Positions 40,529-52,000 of a stretch of DNA of 64,000 nucleotides are shown here, piece by piece (positions within the stretch are counted from its first letter, which is position 1; each line of letters begins with the position of its first letter). Below the pieces are notes generated by a model that ran no database searches, was not told the DNA's origin, and worked only from the letters and a program-made list of their open reading frames with translations. Position numbers and translations under genes: made by a program. Origin of the DNA: Balanoglossus misakiensis (taxonomy: Eukaryota; Animalia; Hemichordata); the NCBI GenBank assembly GCA_040954595.2, contig CM082583.2, forward strand, positions 5,826,849 through 5,890,848. The letters are read 5' to 3'.

Positions 40529-41428
40529 CAGCAGGAATGGAGGAGTCGCGCGGTTAACGCTGTGTCACCGCCGAGCGCTCAAGACAGAAGCGCTTCAACG
40601 CCCAGTTCATTAATCTGCTCGCCGTTAGCTCCATCGAAGTTGATCGCTCTAATACCCCGATCAGTGGTAAAACGTCACCTTTATCAATGTGACAGCCGAT
40701 TCGCCGAATTAAAAGAGTCAGTAGGCTGATGTCACTGCCTAATTACACCAGCTGGGGCGTTTCACAAAAAAAAGCTATAGCAGCTTCAGAGTGGGCAGCT
40801 CCCAAGTGATTTCCAGCGTCTCTTGGCGGATGTATTTTTTCTATATTTATTGTTGCGACATCATTATTTTACGTGAGAACGGGAAGCCAGGGGCTTCACC
40901 TTTGATCGATAAATTACCCCTCGCGCAGGAGAGCGTATCGCATCAGATTTGCTTGCCTACCTGAACAAGCTGCCGCACAGGCCACTGTCGCCGGGGACTG
41001 GTCGGTCGCACACACTCTCTGCTTCTTGAGAACCTCCGAGCACTGGTATGAACGCCTCTGCACACGGGCAGCAGATTTCGTGGTGAACTGTGCAACACAA
41101 GATTTACCAGCTGAACTGAGCGACGACGGTCGACTCCAGCATGTTAATACCACCAAGCTCACAGTGAACGGCAATTGGTTGAAAGCAATTGAGGCAGGCC
41201 ACGTGATTTATCCGCGTGTGGAGGAAGATTCTGCCCATTGAGTATTGCAATCCTCGGAAGTATTATGAAAGGACACAAAACACAATACCAACCGCAGAAG
41301 TACATGTTATTGCCAAGCTGCGGCAATTTCTGTCTGAAAACACAATTGCTCATGAATAAAAGGGTGAAATAAGCCCTCGGTCACGTAAGAATACTAAATA
41401 CTGGTACTGGAAGCAACATTGAGTCAAA

Positions 41429-41444
41429 CAGCGCCCTCTATCAG
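41429..41444 (-). promoter_or_regulatory. CTCF-like motif about 0.9 kb upstream of the GPCR start
   Basis: cagcgccctctatcag, whose reverse complement ctgaTAGAGGGCGCTG matches the core of the CTCF consensus (CCACTAGAGGGCGCTG) but not its 5' part. Confidence 0.35.
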
Positions 41445-43419
41445 TAAACACGATTGTGCCACTAAGTTGAAATCGAAACTGCGATGACATTTTTCAGATA
41501 AGAATGAAGTTTATACTTCAAAAGTTCATCAGATATATATTTTCCACGAATAATTCGACACAACTATGATTTGCATTTTGATAACACGGCTATCTTATCA
41601 GAACTGAGCACTTCGACATGATTAAAGGCGGAGAGTCATATTTTGCAGATATCTTAAAGACTCCGCTAACGGTTTTTTACCTAGCGTGATCAATAATGTA
41701 CGCAGTCCCGAGTCAATATCTTTTGAGCAAGCATGTTAATCTTGCTACAGAATGACCCGACTGACATAAAAAAAAACTCAAAGCGTTTTCACCACAGAAG
41801 CGTAACGGACCTGCTGGGAGGTGTAAACAAGACGGTGCACTGGTTAGGTCCTGACTAAGCTTTTTTTAAAGGCAATCTCCCGGAGACAAGGAAATAAATG
41901 AAATATTCATCTTTCAATCACCCGATCGTTCAATATTTCAGTGAAACGCAGGTATCTTACATCGGTCCATCCGCTGACTAGAAAGATCGATGGAAGGTCT
42001 CGTTTAATGTTTTAACGTAATAACATCATCGTGATAAACGTGAACTCCGTAGTCTTGAGGCATCGAAAGATGATCACGTCACGTGTGGCCAGTTTCACCA
42101 CGGGTGACACAAGTGTTTTGATGAAGGTACAGTAGCTGTACTTTAAGTCATTTTTCTCAGAGATATTGTTTTCCGTGTATCGAGGTTTATTTTAGTTCTA
42201 CCGCAAGGTCTGCTGCCTGTGAGAAATGTTCACTAACGGGTTTCTGGAAACAGTGTTGATCAAAAAAACCTTCGAATTGGCGAAAAAAATTTGTCACTAC
42301 GGGAACCTCGCCTGTCAAAACAAAGAAACCCTAATCCATGGTTCTGTCATAAAATTAGACATTTTATCTAGCTATGTCCCATTAAGTCAGAATCAGCGAA
42401 AATAGTATAAGGAATCGCTTTTCTCGTGCTAATTATACATGTAGCTTGACAGTGATCCTGACTAAGCTTCAGAATAACATGTTGACATGATAATATTTAT
42501 GTAAGGAGCATTCAGCCAAAGTTGGCATCTATCCAAAGCTAAGTTCGCTTATTATACAACGTGTACAATGCACGCTTTCTCCAATTTTGATTGGTTGCTG
42601 TTGCATTGCACGGGGGCGGTACTTCAAAGAGTGATCTTCAGTTATATAAGCTACAAAAAGGGCTGGAAACTAGGTCCTCGTTTACGAGTGGCTAAGTCTG
42701 TTTGCTCCCGTGATATCTTCCTTACTTTGCTATGGCTGGCAATTGAAGTGCGCATGTATTTTATTGCAATAATTGCTCTACACCTCTTTTATATGACTGA
42801 TAGTTTTCATCGCATTTCAGAAGTGACAAACTATACCCGAGATGCTAGTCAGGATAATATACATGCTCCCTACTGCAACCGGTCAAACACCATTCTCCCT
42901 CCGCTTTGCGACTGTCTGGAACTAAATTCCCCCGTCTCTCATCGTTCTTATCTGTCCCCGTTCAAAATTTAATTACGGGATTTTCTCATAATGAAATTAA
43001 TCACAAACGCTGGTTTGACGAAGCTTTGATATATTTACGTTCGGATCAGTTGTTACGCAATCTTCGTATTTTATTACTGGTATTCTATTCATTTAGCTTT
43101 CTGTATTTTTCTGTATCTCTCACTTTTTGACCGAGGGCTTTGATGGCCCGGGAATCACAAGATTACCTTTTAAAATGTTAGTTCTCCATTCTCCGTAAAT
43201 ATGCAAACGTGAAATACAAAATCTAGCTCCAAAAATATTGTAGGCGATCGGTTCTCGTTATCGGTGAGTCTAGCAGGTGTTATTGACAGAGATCTAGCGA
43301 TGAAAGTAGACATCCTTCGGCTATTGATTTTACGATTTAATCAAGGTCACCACTTCAAACGACCCGACACGGTCTAGTGACATGATGGGCTGCTTGAGAA
43401 ATATATCACCCTACTTGTG

Positions 43420-44050
43420 CGATGTGGACATTGCATGTGCGCGGTACTAACGTCGACACAGTCGCGCTTGGCTGAGCCGCCAACTTGAAGAAGACATCTG
43501 TTCCCGCTGTGTTCGATAGCAGCGTCGTCAATGCCTTTAAAAGTCAACGCTGGTGATGGTGCCACTAAGGCACCTGGGATAATCTGGATGTCTGCCAACC
43601 ACCTGCTCGCGTCTCCGTGGAATAGAGGCTATCACTCCCGTCCGTCCAGGGTGGCCCGTTAATCTTTCACCTGTTGAATAATCTCGATCAATACCGAGAA
43701 GTGATGATGGTGATGATGATGACATGTCATGTTCCCTGTGATGATGTCCCCTCATTCTTGGTGCGGAACCGAGAGACGATCTCTTCAATCAGGAAGACAG
43801 GGTGACAAGACTGCCTGAGACAAGGTGTCGGTTTAGCCGTACAGTGATCATTGAAGAAAACCAATCTGCTGTTAGTCACCAGCTGCGCATGCCTGTTGAC
43901 AGGCCAACTTTCTGTGGAAGCTCGAAGTTTGTTCTGGTAACCACCTGTAGGAAGGTCAAACAGGATTCCAACGTCGACGACCAGGGCGCGGCGCAGGAGG
44001 CGCATGGCGCAAATGCAAACAGTCTTTCGGTAATGACTTGAAGAACAATA
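43420..44050 (+). mobile_element. Heavily decayed LINE 3' fragment, probably RTE clade (post-RT C-terminal region)
   Basis: Across frameshifts the + strand gives collinear remnants: VNAF...LRHLG-IW (about 43527-43590), EDRVT...RTVIIEENQ...SHQLRMPVDRPT...KFVL (43793-43936) and EGQ...RRRPGR...W...NDLK (43951-44043). These match the RTE-type order AF..CLR.ILGI.W.D.VT / GH..RM..R..K..L / EG.RRRGR..W....DL. The interval about 43600-43790 appears to be an insertion. Confidence 0.5.
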
Positions 44051-44740
44051 AGGGCCATGGGCACGCCAGGAGATATTATTCGTACCCCGTGCGTATAAAG
44101 CGTGCAAAACTGATGGAATCTTTACATTGCCACGTACAAGTTTATCTTACCCATGAGATTACGTCGAGTTTAATATATGCGGTATATACGGGTAATAAAA
44201 ACGGTGTCATTTAGCACAAACACCCGGATTGTATACGTGTTATCGCATAAACGTGACAAGGGGATCAAGCGCAAAGCGGCAAACCCAAAAGTTTGGAGAG
44301 GAATCATTGCTAAAATCGAGATGAAACAGAAACCATAGTGATCAAATGGAGAGAATAAAAAAATAATTCGAAACAAATGTTGAAGTTGTTATTAACTGCA
44401 TAGGCTATGCCCCATTATGCTGTGTTGAAGTAAAACATAAAACGCGGCATTGATAACGAAGGTATCAGTACCTTCTGATGCTATTTTCTCTTTCTTGATT
44501 GCTTACATCTTCTTGTGACGTCACCAGTGTCGATATTTTTATCGGTGTCTGCATGAAATCTTTCACAAAATCTTTCAGCTGCCCAGGTATCTCAAATCCC
44601 TTAACTTAAGTGAAATCAATGTGAATTGAACTGAAGTGGCACTTTTGATTTTTTGTTCATTGATGTCTGCAGAAAATCTTTTAAAAATCTTCCACCACCA
44701 CCCCGGGATATAAAATGGTCGACTCCTCAACTTCAACCTA

Positions 44741-45351
44741 CCGTAGTTTGCCGGGTAAGAGCCCCTGCTCGGACAAACGCCCCCCCTGGTTTTAGGGCCC
44801 ATTTGTAGATCGAGGCCATATCCGGTCTAAAGCCCCCCCCCCCCCCCCGGCCGAATATCCATTAAATTCTTGGAAATTTAATAAAGTGCAATGCAAAAAA
44901 GGCGGATTTTCATCCCCAAAGTCACTAAAAGTGAAAAAAAAATGTATGATGATTTACTTTCGCGCTGATTATCGTACCCACCGCGGCCGACTGGCCACGC
45001 TGAGTTATATATAGCCGCTCTAGAAAACATGACCTCAGACAGGTCCCTCGGGACCGTGCCTCGAATTCAACGATCACGTAGATGGACGCGCTGCCGCGTG
45101 TGAGGTCACCGGGGAGCTTTCCAAAGCGGCCGCGTGGAGCTGCTTCAGTCCGTCCTCGACGCGAAACACCCAACATTGGAAGATCCCGACTTGGACTCGG
45201 AGAATGAACCACTCAAAAATTTGCATAAAAGTCGAGGTGGCCATCCCTCATTTGCATAAATCTCGAGGCCATATCCGGGCTAAAGCCCCCCCCCTGTTTT
45301 TTCGCTAATCTGTTGGCCCAGCACCCGGGGCTCTTACCCGGCAAACTACGG
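44741..45351. mobile_element. 611-bp MITE with perfect 25-bp TIRs and TA target-site duplication (Tc1/mariner-like, non-autonomous)
   Basis: TA(44739-40)|ccgtagtttgccgggtaagagcccc ... ggggctcttacccggcaaactacgg|TA(45352-53). Internal direct repeat tcgaggccatatccgg(t/g)ctaaagcccccccc at about 44810-44840 and 45263-45294. Confidence 0.92.
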
Positions 45352-48300
45352 TAATCAACATGAATAGGAATAGAATTGGCTCTTTAACTAATTAAGCGCT
45401 GTGTTAGAACGCTTGATTTGATCGACATTTCAGAGCACATGGACATCAAAACCCTCCTTAGGCGTGGGAGAGAGAGAGAGCGAGGGGCAGTTCCGTCTCG
45501 CCAGCGCAGCTCATTAGAATTTATCACCGGCTAATTTTCATCCATTCACGTACAGCGAACACCGTGGAATTAACTGCCAAGAAACGGAAGGCGCGTTCGC
45601 GGATTGACTCTTGTTTGGACGGAAAATGGGAAGAAACGCGTGATTGGAACTGCAAAATGAAAGGCACGGCACCACCAACAACATTGAACTATTTTTAAAT
45701 ACAGCATTCGGCTCTGTATAACCCTTCTAGCATTTCCGTTGCCTGGACAACAACATCCACTACATAATTGATACCAGGTAATATATAAGTAAACGTCATA
45801 TCGTCCAGCCGGCAGTGCAATAGCTGAAGGCTGCATCGGACATGCAGTTAATGCTGCGATCTCCATGAATGGACGCACTTATTAGACAAAGTTCAAAAAT
45901 ATAAAACTTGCATGTAGGCCTACGGTATTGATTTTTTTCTGTGATAGGTATCCAAACGCTTATCCGCGTCACGGTACCTTTTCACAAGAATGAGTGGACG
46001 TATATTATTTACTTACTTGGCCTACCCATATACAGAAGAGGGGACTTCTATTCGAAATGACACTGACAGAAATAAAAAAAAAGACCCCAGCAAAGATTTC
46101 GTACGCACAACATATGCATTACATTACATTAGCGTGGGCACTGTTTTCGCTGACAATCACGTTATCAACAGCAGTTAAATAACGGTAATGCCGAAGGAAA
46201 TTACAAAAACATGAAAGTCGAAGTTAAATCTGAAGATAAAAATCAGGACCTTGAACGTTTGATGCCGTCACTTCTTGAAGATCATCGACGGAGAGCACTT
46301 CTCCACACAGGGCTTTAGAGCGAATATATGACCATGAAGATGTCACAAATTCGAAGCCCTTCTACATACCCAGATTGCCATCAAAGGACACACGCATAGT
46401 CCTTGAACGCATCGCTACTATTTGTGACACCCCGAGGGAGAGAGGCTCGGGGTTAACGTTGTTTTTGCGCTGACTAAGATGTTTGTGTTTTCGACGTCCG
46501 ACTCAGTGTTTGTTGAGTCATAGACGTGCTTCTTCATCCGTGGAAGAATACAAAAACGGAAGTTAATATGCATCGCCAGAGGTAAACTTCACAAGAAGGT
46601 AGGCACCGAGCCTAAAACTTTTCTCACAGAAGGTGTTAGCAACAGCAGAGAGTTGTGGGATTTCGTTGGGTAATTTCCACACAGTGCTGGAAGCTGACAT
46701 TCGCAAATTGAAATAGGGGCGCCCGCACACGCGATCGCAACTGAATCCTGACGATTCGCCAGTTTGTTACACAAATGTCATCATTGAGGGCGCCTTTCCC
46801 TATAAAATCCAGCAAAAACAGGAACGTGGTTTCAAGTACACGTACACTTGTATAATTAATTATAAAACAGTGCCACTCCACCACTTTGTAGAAATTTGCT
46901 TGGAAAGTTGACTTTTGATTGCAACTCAAATACAAATACAATGTACTATGTGTATATGGAATCATTAATGACTGCTTTGTTTGCCATAGGTTGAGTAGTT
47001 TGATGGACCCACTCAGAGCAAGTCATTACGACAAACCCGCACGGTGCTTGGTTCCTGTCGATTATGAATATCATTTATCAGTGATTATCGCAATTACATG
47101 AGTCACCCATGTGCCAGAACAACATCGCCTTTGCTCATCTAATAATAGTCACAGTAAACGAAGACAGCGACGCTCACTTCTCCATCACTATGGCAACAAG
47201 CGCACGCCAGCAGTAGTCAAGGTGCTGGCCTTTATTCCCTCGCGCGATTTTCTCAATTTAAATGCTGAGGACACAGGACGTACAAGAGGACGCGTGTCCT
47301 CGATGTCACAAGTTGGTATCAGTACGTGACCTCCATGATGGCAAACACACGTCCTCGGGTTAGTTGGACTCGGAGGAAATTAGCTACTATACGCACACGC
47401 TCGGGGCAGCCCCATATTATCTTAATTTCCCTGTATTTGAAGATAATGGGCCACCCCACACTGACGATTACCTTGGTCATCGTTGCCTAGCTAGTCAACT
47501 AACGTCATATATACAGTATCAAGAAAATAGTTAGTTATTTACGAATGGACATTGTGAGTCCTGAAACCTGTAGATGGATCAGCCATGACACAGTCTAAAG
47601 AGACTTTTCACTTCCGGGAAAAAGTTGACCGAAATACCATTTTGTCTGTCGCTGTTTTCTAGAATTATAAGGGATAAATCATAACCTATAACATATGTTA
47701 TGTTACTTTGTTGAGACAAATGATCACGTCTTCCTCAAAGTTTCCAATCTTTCAGTGAAAAAAAATGTTATAAATATATATACCAAGTTGTACACTAACT
47801 TGAAATTTTTTTTCAAACGTTGATCAAGTATGATATAGAAATATTGGCGATGTGGCAATAAGCAAACCGGTAAATGGACACACGCCTCTAGACTGCTGTG
47901 GACTCACCACGCTCCCCACATGTAACAAATACTACCGTTCTCATAAAGCCCTTCAGAATTAGTCGCAGTACGCCCTCATACCACGTATGAAATCTTAATG
48001 TGCGCATTTGTTTTTACATAGACATTCGAGTATTGCCTCTCATTACATACAATCGAAGTAAAAGCGTATAGCGCCCTCTTTATCCCGCATTGCCTATGGC
48101 ACAGAAACCTTACTCGTGACATGAACGTGTGGGTGTTGTCAGACAAAGTCGGTATTTACAGGTAACCATATTTGAAATTCACGAGGAGGCGCGGAAATCT
48201 TGTCGATCCAGATACATATTACATGTATTCCTTAAGAAATAATTACACAAAATGGTTAGTGGGGCGCGTTCATGCACAGATACTGCAAAAAGAAACAAAT

Positions 48301-49007
48301 TAGCAGGCGTCAGTCACTCGGCAAAGTCGGCTGCAGTCTGAAGGGCAACGTACTAAATGTTTCTAAATCATTAGGACCGCCAAGTCATTGGGACTGAGTT
48401 TGTCTAGACACGCGGCCATCACCGGAATACCAATGCCGTTGTCGGAAACAATAAAAGGCAAATATTGCGGTTCCTGTGAGCCAACCAGCTCCATTTTACA
48501 ATCGAGTTGATCCGTTCAGTGGGGACGAGTATTACGAGATTGTTAAAATCGTTTTGTTAGATCTGAAACACGCTAAATCGGAAAAAATAGCATCTGTAAC
48601 TGACCGTTGCAATTGTTTCCTCGTCTTTTTGCCTATCGGTGCAGTGCACACTTTCCGTCGTTACGCATGTTTTGCTTTGCATAACCTTTTCAATAGAACA
48701 TAAGATCTCCAAGCGTAGTTTTACGAGACTTTGTTAATTACAAAGATTCGAATCCAGAGAACGCCTGACATTTGCATCCAAGATATGGATTTGTGTCGGG
48801 CAATTTGATTTTCTAAACTATACGCAGGTAACCTCAATCTCTTTCACCTACATGTGTTTGAACACACACTGCGTGCACCGACAAACAATTACCTGATTAG
48901 GCGGAGGCATGATTGTGTAGTTGTTCAATGAAGTAAACCACCTGCAAATACCTCCTGACCAACCTCTCTTGCTCCTTGTCTTGCCCAGTCACCTTTACCC
49001 TCCACAT

Positions 49008-49066
49008 ACCACTACCTACCTACCAACTACCTCCCTCCCTCCCTATCTACCTGACTGACTGACTGA
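49008..49066. repeat. Compound (CTAC)/(CTCC)/(CTGA) microsatellite
   Basis: ctacctacctaccaactacctccctccctccctatctacctgactgactgactga. Confidence 0.8.
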
Positions 49067-52000
49067 TTGGCCAATTGCCTATCCTCGTAAAACTCCCGTC
49101 TGTTCTGAAGTTGATATTTTTCTTCGGGTGTTTCCCGATACCCCATCTCCCGAACTATCATAATATCCACCCTCCGATCCCCCCTTCACTATCTCAGTGA
49201 CTCCGCGCACCCACCTCCCCCAACCACCATATATGAACGATAATCGCATCCGACGGGTTACTGTGCGTTATGTATATACTAGTATACACGCGTTTCTTTG
49301 AGAACTTATATTCTGTGTGGTGAGTGACAGCCCTTCTTGACGATGACACATACTATACACTTCTAGCGCGATACCATGACAGCGCGAGGTCCGTGTCAAT
49401 TCAACACATAACATTCGATAAAAGGCGTAAAACATCACTCATTTTAGAAAGTAAAATAGCAGCAACGGTCGCCGCATTTTATAAGCATGACTCGCACGCT
49501 ATTACCGTTTATACCCTAACACGTCAAATTTATTTCTCGTTCTTTCGTTATTCTCCTCATTGTTTTGCCAAACAATATTCGCTTACAATCGGCGCAATTA
49601 TCAAATTGATGTCTGATTTCTCATTCATTACAGCTCCGACTGCAGAACTTGCGTCACATTTGAACTTTAAAAAACCCACCGTCTTCTTTACCGTGTTTAT
49701 GGGCAGTAATGCAATATGACAGTTGTTTGTTGATGGTTTCGAGCTTATAGAAATGCGCCCATCATCGGTGCTCTGGACGGACCTCCCATCGTTTCCAGGC
49801 AATTATCTTTTCAAATATGCATGGAGGTAGCACAAAGACGCCTAATGCAATTTGACAAGTGTATGACAGTGGAACGTATGTGCTTCTCAAACCGCTGCCC
49901 GAGACATACGCCTCACCTTTATCGGGCTAGACCGTTTGAAATAGAAAACCGATGACGGTGAATAATTTACAAGTATTAATCGTCTTTTTTTAATTTCAGG
50001 TGTCTCAGTAGAAGCCGACGTTACGCGCTTGTCTGGCAGAATGGGAATATTTCGATTTCAGGGTGACTTTCGCGGAGAATCGTTTACGTCATTCCTTCTA
50101 CTGCCTCCGTAGTGACGTCACGTTGAATATTGATTAGAGAGAGGGGTTTGGGTTACGTATCTGAGTGTGCCATTTTGAGCATGAAAACTTGGTGGGTTGG
50201 GGGTGCGTAATTCGTTCTGACATTAATCTTATAGACTATCATCCGCTCAGGTATACAAATGACGTTTCAATTTGGACAGAACCCTATTTTGGCGTACATG
50301 TTGAGTACGGCGGAAAATCACAAAGGCCCTTACGAATAGCCGGCCTTCTTAGCCGAAGGCGATCGCAGCGTTAAAATTGACACTATCCAGAGATCGCGGG
50401 AAAGCAACCCTTCGTCTGTTTGTTAAGAAAAGACAGCATGCACACTCGCGTTGATTTGGAAAGAAAATCTCTGTGATCACAAGTAAATAGAGAAATAATT
50501 CACCATGCTGCGAACAATTTCACAACACAGCCGAATTTACTTATAAGTTCGCAAGCACTCTCATCAAAGAAGTCATCTCAAGGTTTTTTCACGTGTGCTT
50601 CGTGAAACACGGAGAATGGAGTCGTGAAATGTTACAGTTGACTAGGACTCTTTCCGTCAAAAGCAACAAATTAATATGTACAATTTTTGTTAAAGAAACG
50701 CATGACCTCATTCGACTTCATCGACTTCACTTTGTAGATTTTTTTCACAAATTGGCAGGTATGACCTACAATTATGAGAATCTTATTGCAGTCGTGTAAA
50801 CGGAGATCTATTTACCTGGACGCTGAGAGCGATCATGATGAAAATCTTAGATGATCTCAAAAGGGAAAACATCACACTAAATGCATGGAGCGAAACTATC
50901 TATGAAAACTGAACGTAAAAATAGTACCGACCCAATCAACATTTTTGTCATCGTTAATCAGTTCGAGGCGAGATTCAAATTATCGCAAGTCTGCGTTCGG
51001 AAAACGGTCAAATGAGACACGAGCTTCATACTGTGGGGTCGGCCGAGAGTACGTCAACAGGCACCGGTTCAAAGAGATATAAAAAAGAAGACGCGTTTCT
51101 GCAAGGATGGCGCTTGACAGGCGCCTGCGCGTGTATTGTATTGGCACGAGCACGCCAATCCCCTTCTGGGGTGACCCGAACCTACGGATGTTAATAACGT
51201 CACCATTAGCAAATCGTCACAACGCCTCCGGCCCTGAGACACCCGCAGCAGGAGCTAGCGGCACTGGAGATTGAACAAAACAAATAACGCAATCTGGCGG
51301 GAATTGCTTGTCGGTTTTGTTGCTCGTAATAAGAGTCCGCAATATCCACTCGCAATTCGTAATTTGAGCGTCGGTGAAGCTTTTCGGCGACGCAGGTAAC
51401 TCGACTAGAAGATTTTTTTACAATCCCCAAAAAGGTGATAAACTCAAGCACGTCATCTTGTTCGTGTAATCACAGACCATCAATCACTGTTTTAATTGAA
51501 TCGTTTTACTGCAGATTTAGTGCTGTGGATTGAGAGAGTGTAAAAGAATCACTGCAGTAAGATGAAGTCAAGACAATTCTGGAGACCACGGCCCAAGATC
51601 AATTTTGAAAGCATAAAAAGACAACTTTACAAGTTAATTTTTAAAAGTGCGATGAATTAAGCTGTTGGGTTTTCTTCTGACCCAGTTTCATTTATTTTCG
51701 TGAGAAGAGGCAATTGCCTACGATAGTTGCCATTCTCCATGTTTAGAGTGCAGTCGACTCGGATCACCGTTTGTCGTTCGTCACTTGTCAGTAGCGGTTT
51801 CCACGAGGAGATCAACATTCGCAAGTTATGGCCGACTTTCCAGTAGAATAATCACTCGTAAACGTCTGCTGGTTTTTGTCGCTAATTTGGATGCAGATAA
51901 TCGCCAAATCCGGTTCACAAAATCTCCAAATCTTCCTCACTTAAGCTTACGTACCTGGGTCGTTTCGTTTGATACTGAAAGGAGATGCCGCGTTCGAATT

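Noticed and set aside
39980-40729. 249-aa + strand ORF antisense to the GPCR, plus ORFs 39762-40406, 39924-40109 and 40161-40460
   Set aside because: Shadow ORFs expected from GC-rich codon usage of the real gene; no recognisable domain.
42124-42310. Possible MITE end aaggtacagtagctgtactttaa
   Set aside because: Near-palindromic and MITE-like, but I could not find a matching opposite TIR or TSD.
43640-43680. WPVNLSPVE resembling the Tc1 transposase motif WPxxSPDLNPIE
   Set aside because: Needs a 3-residue deletion, is followed by a stop, and the surroundings fit an RTE remnant better.
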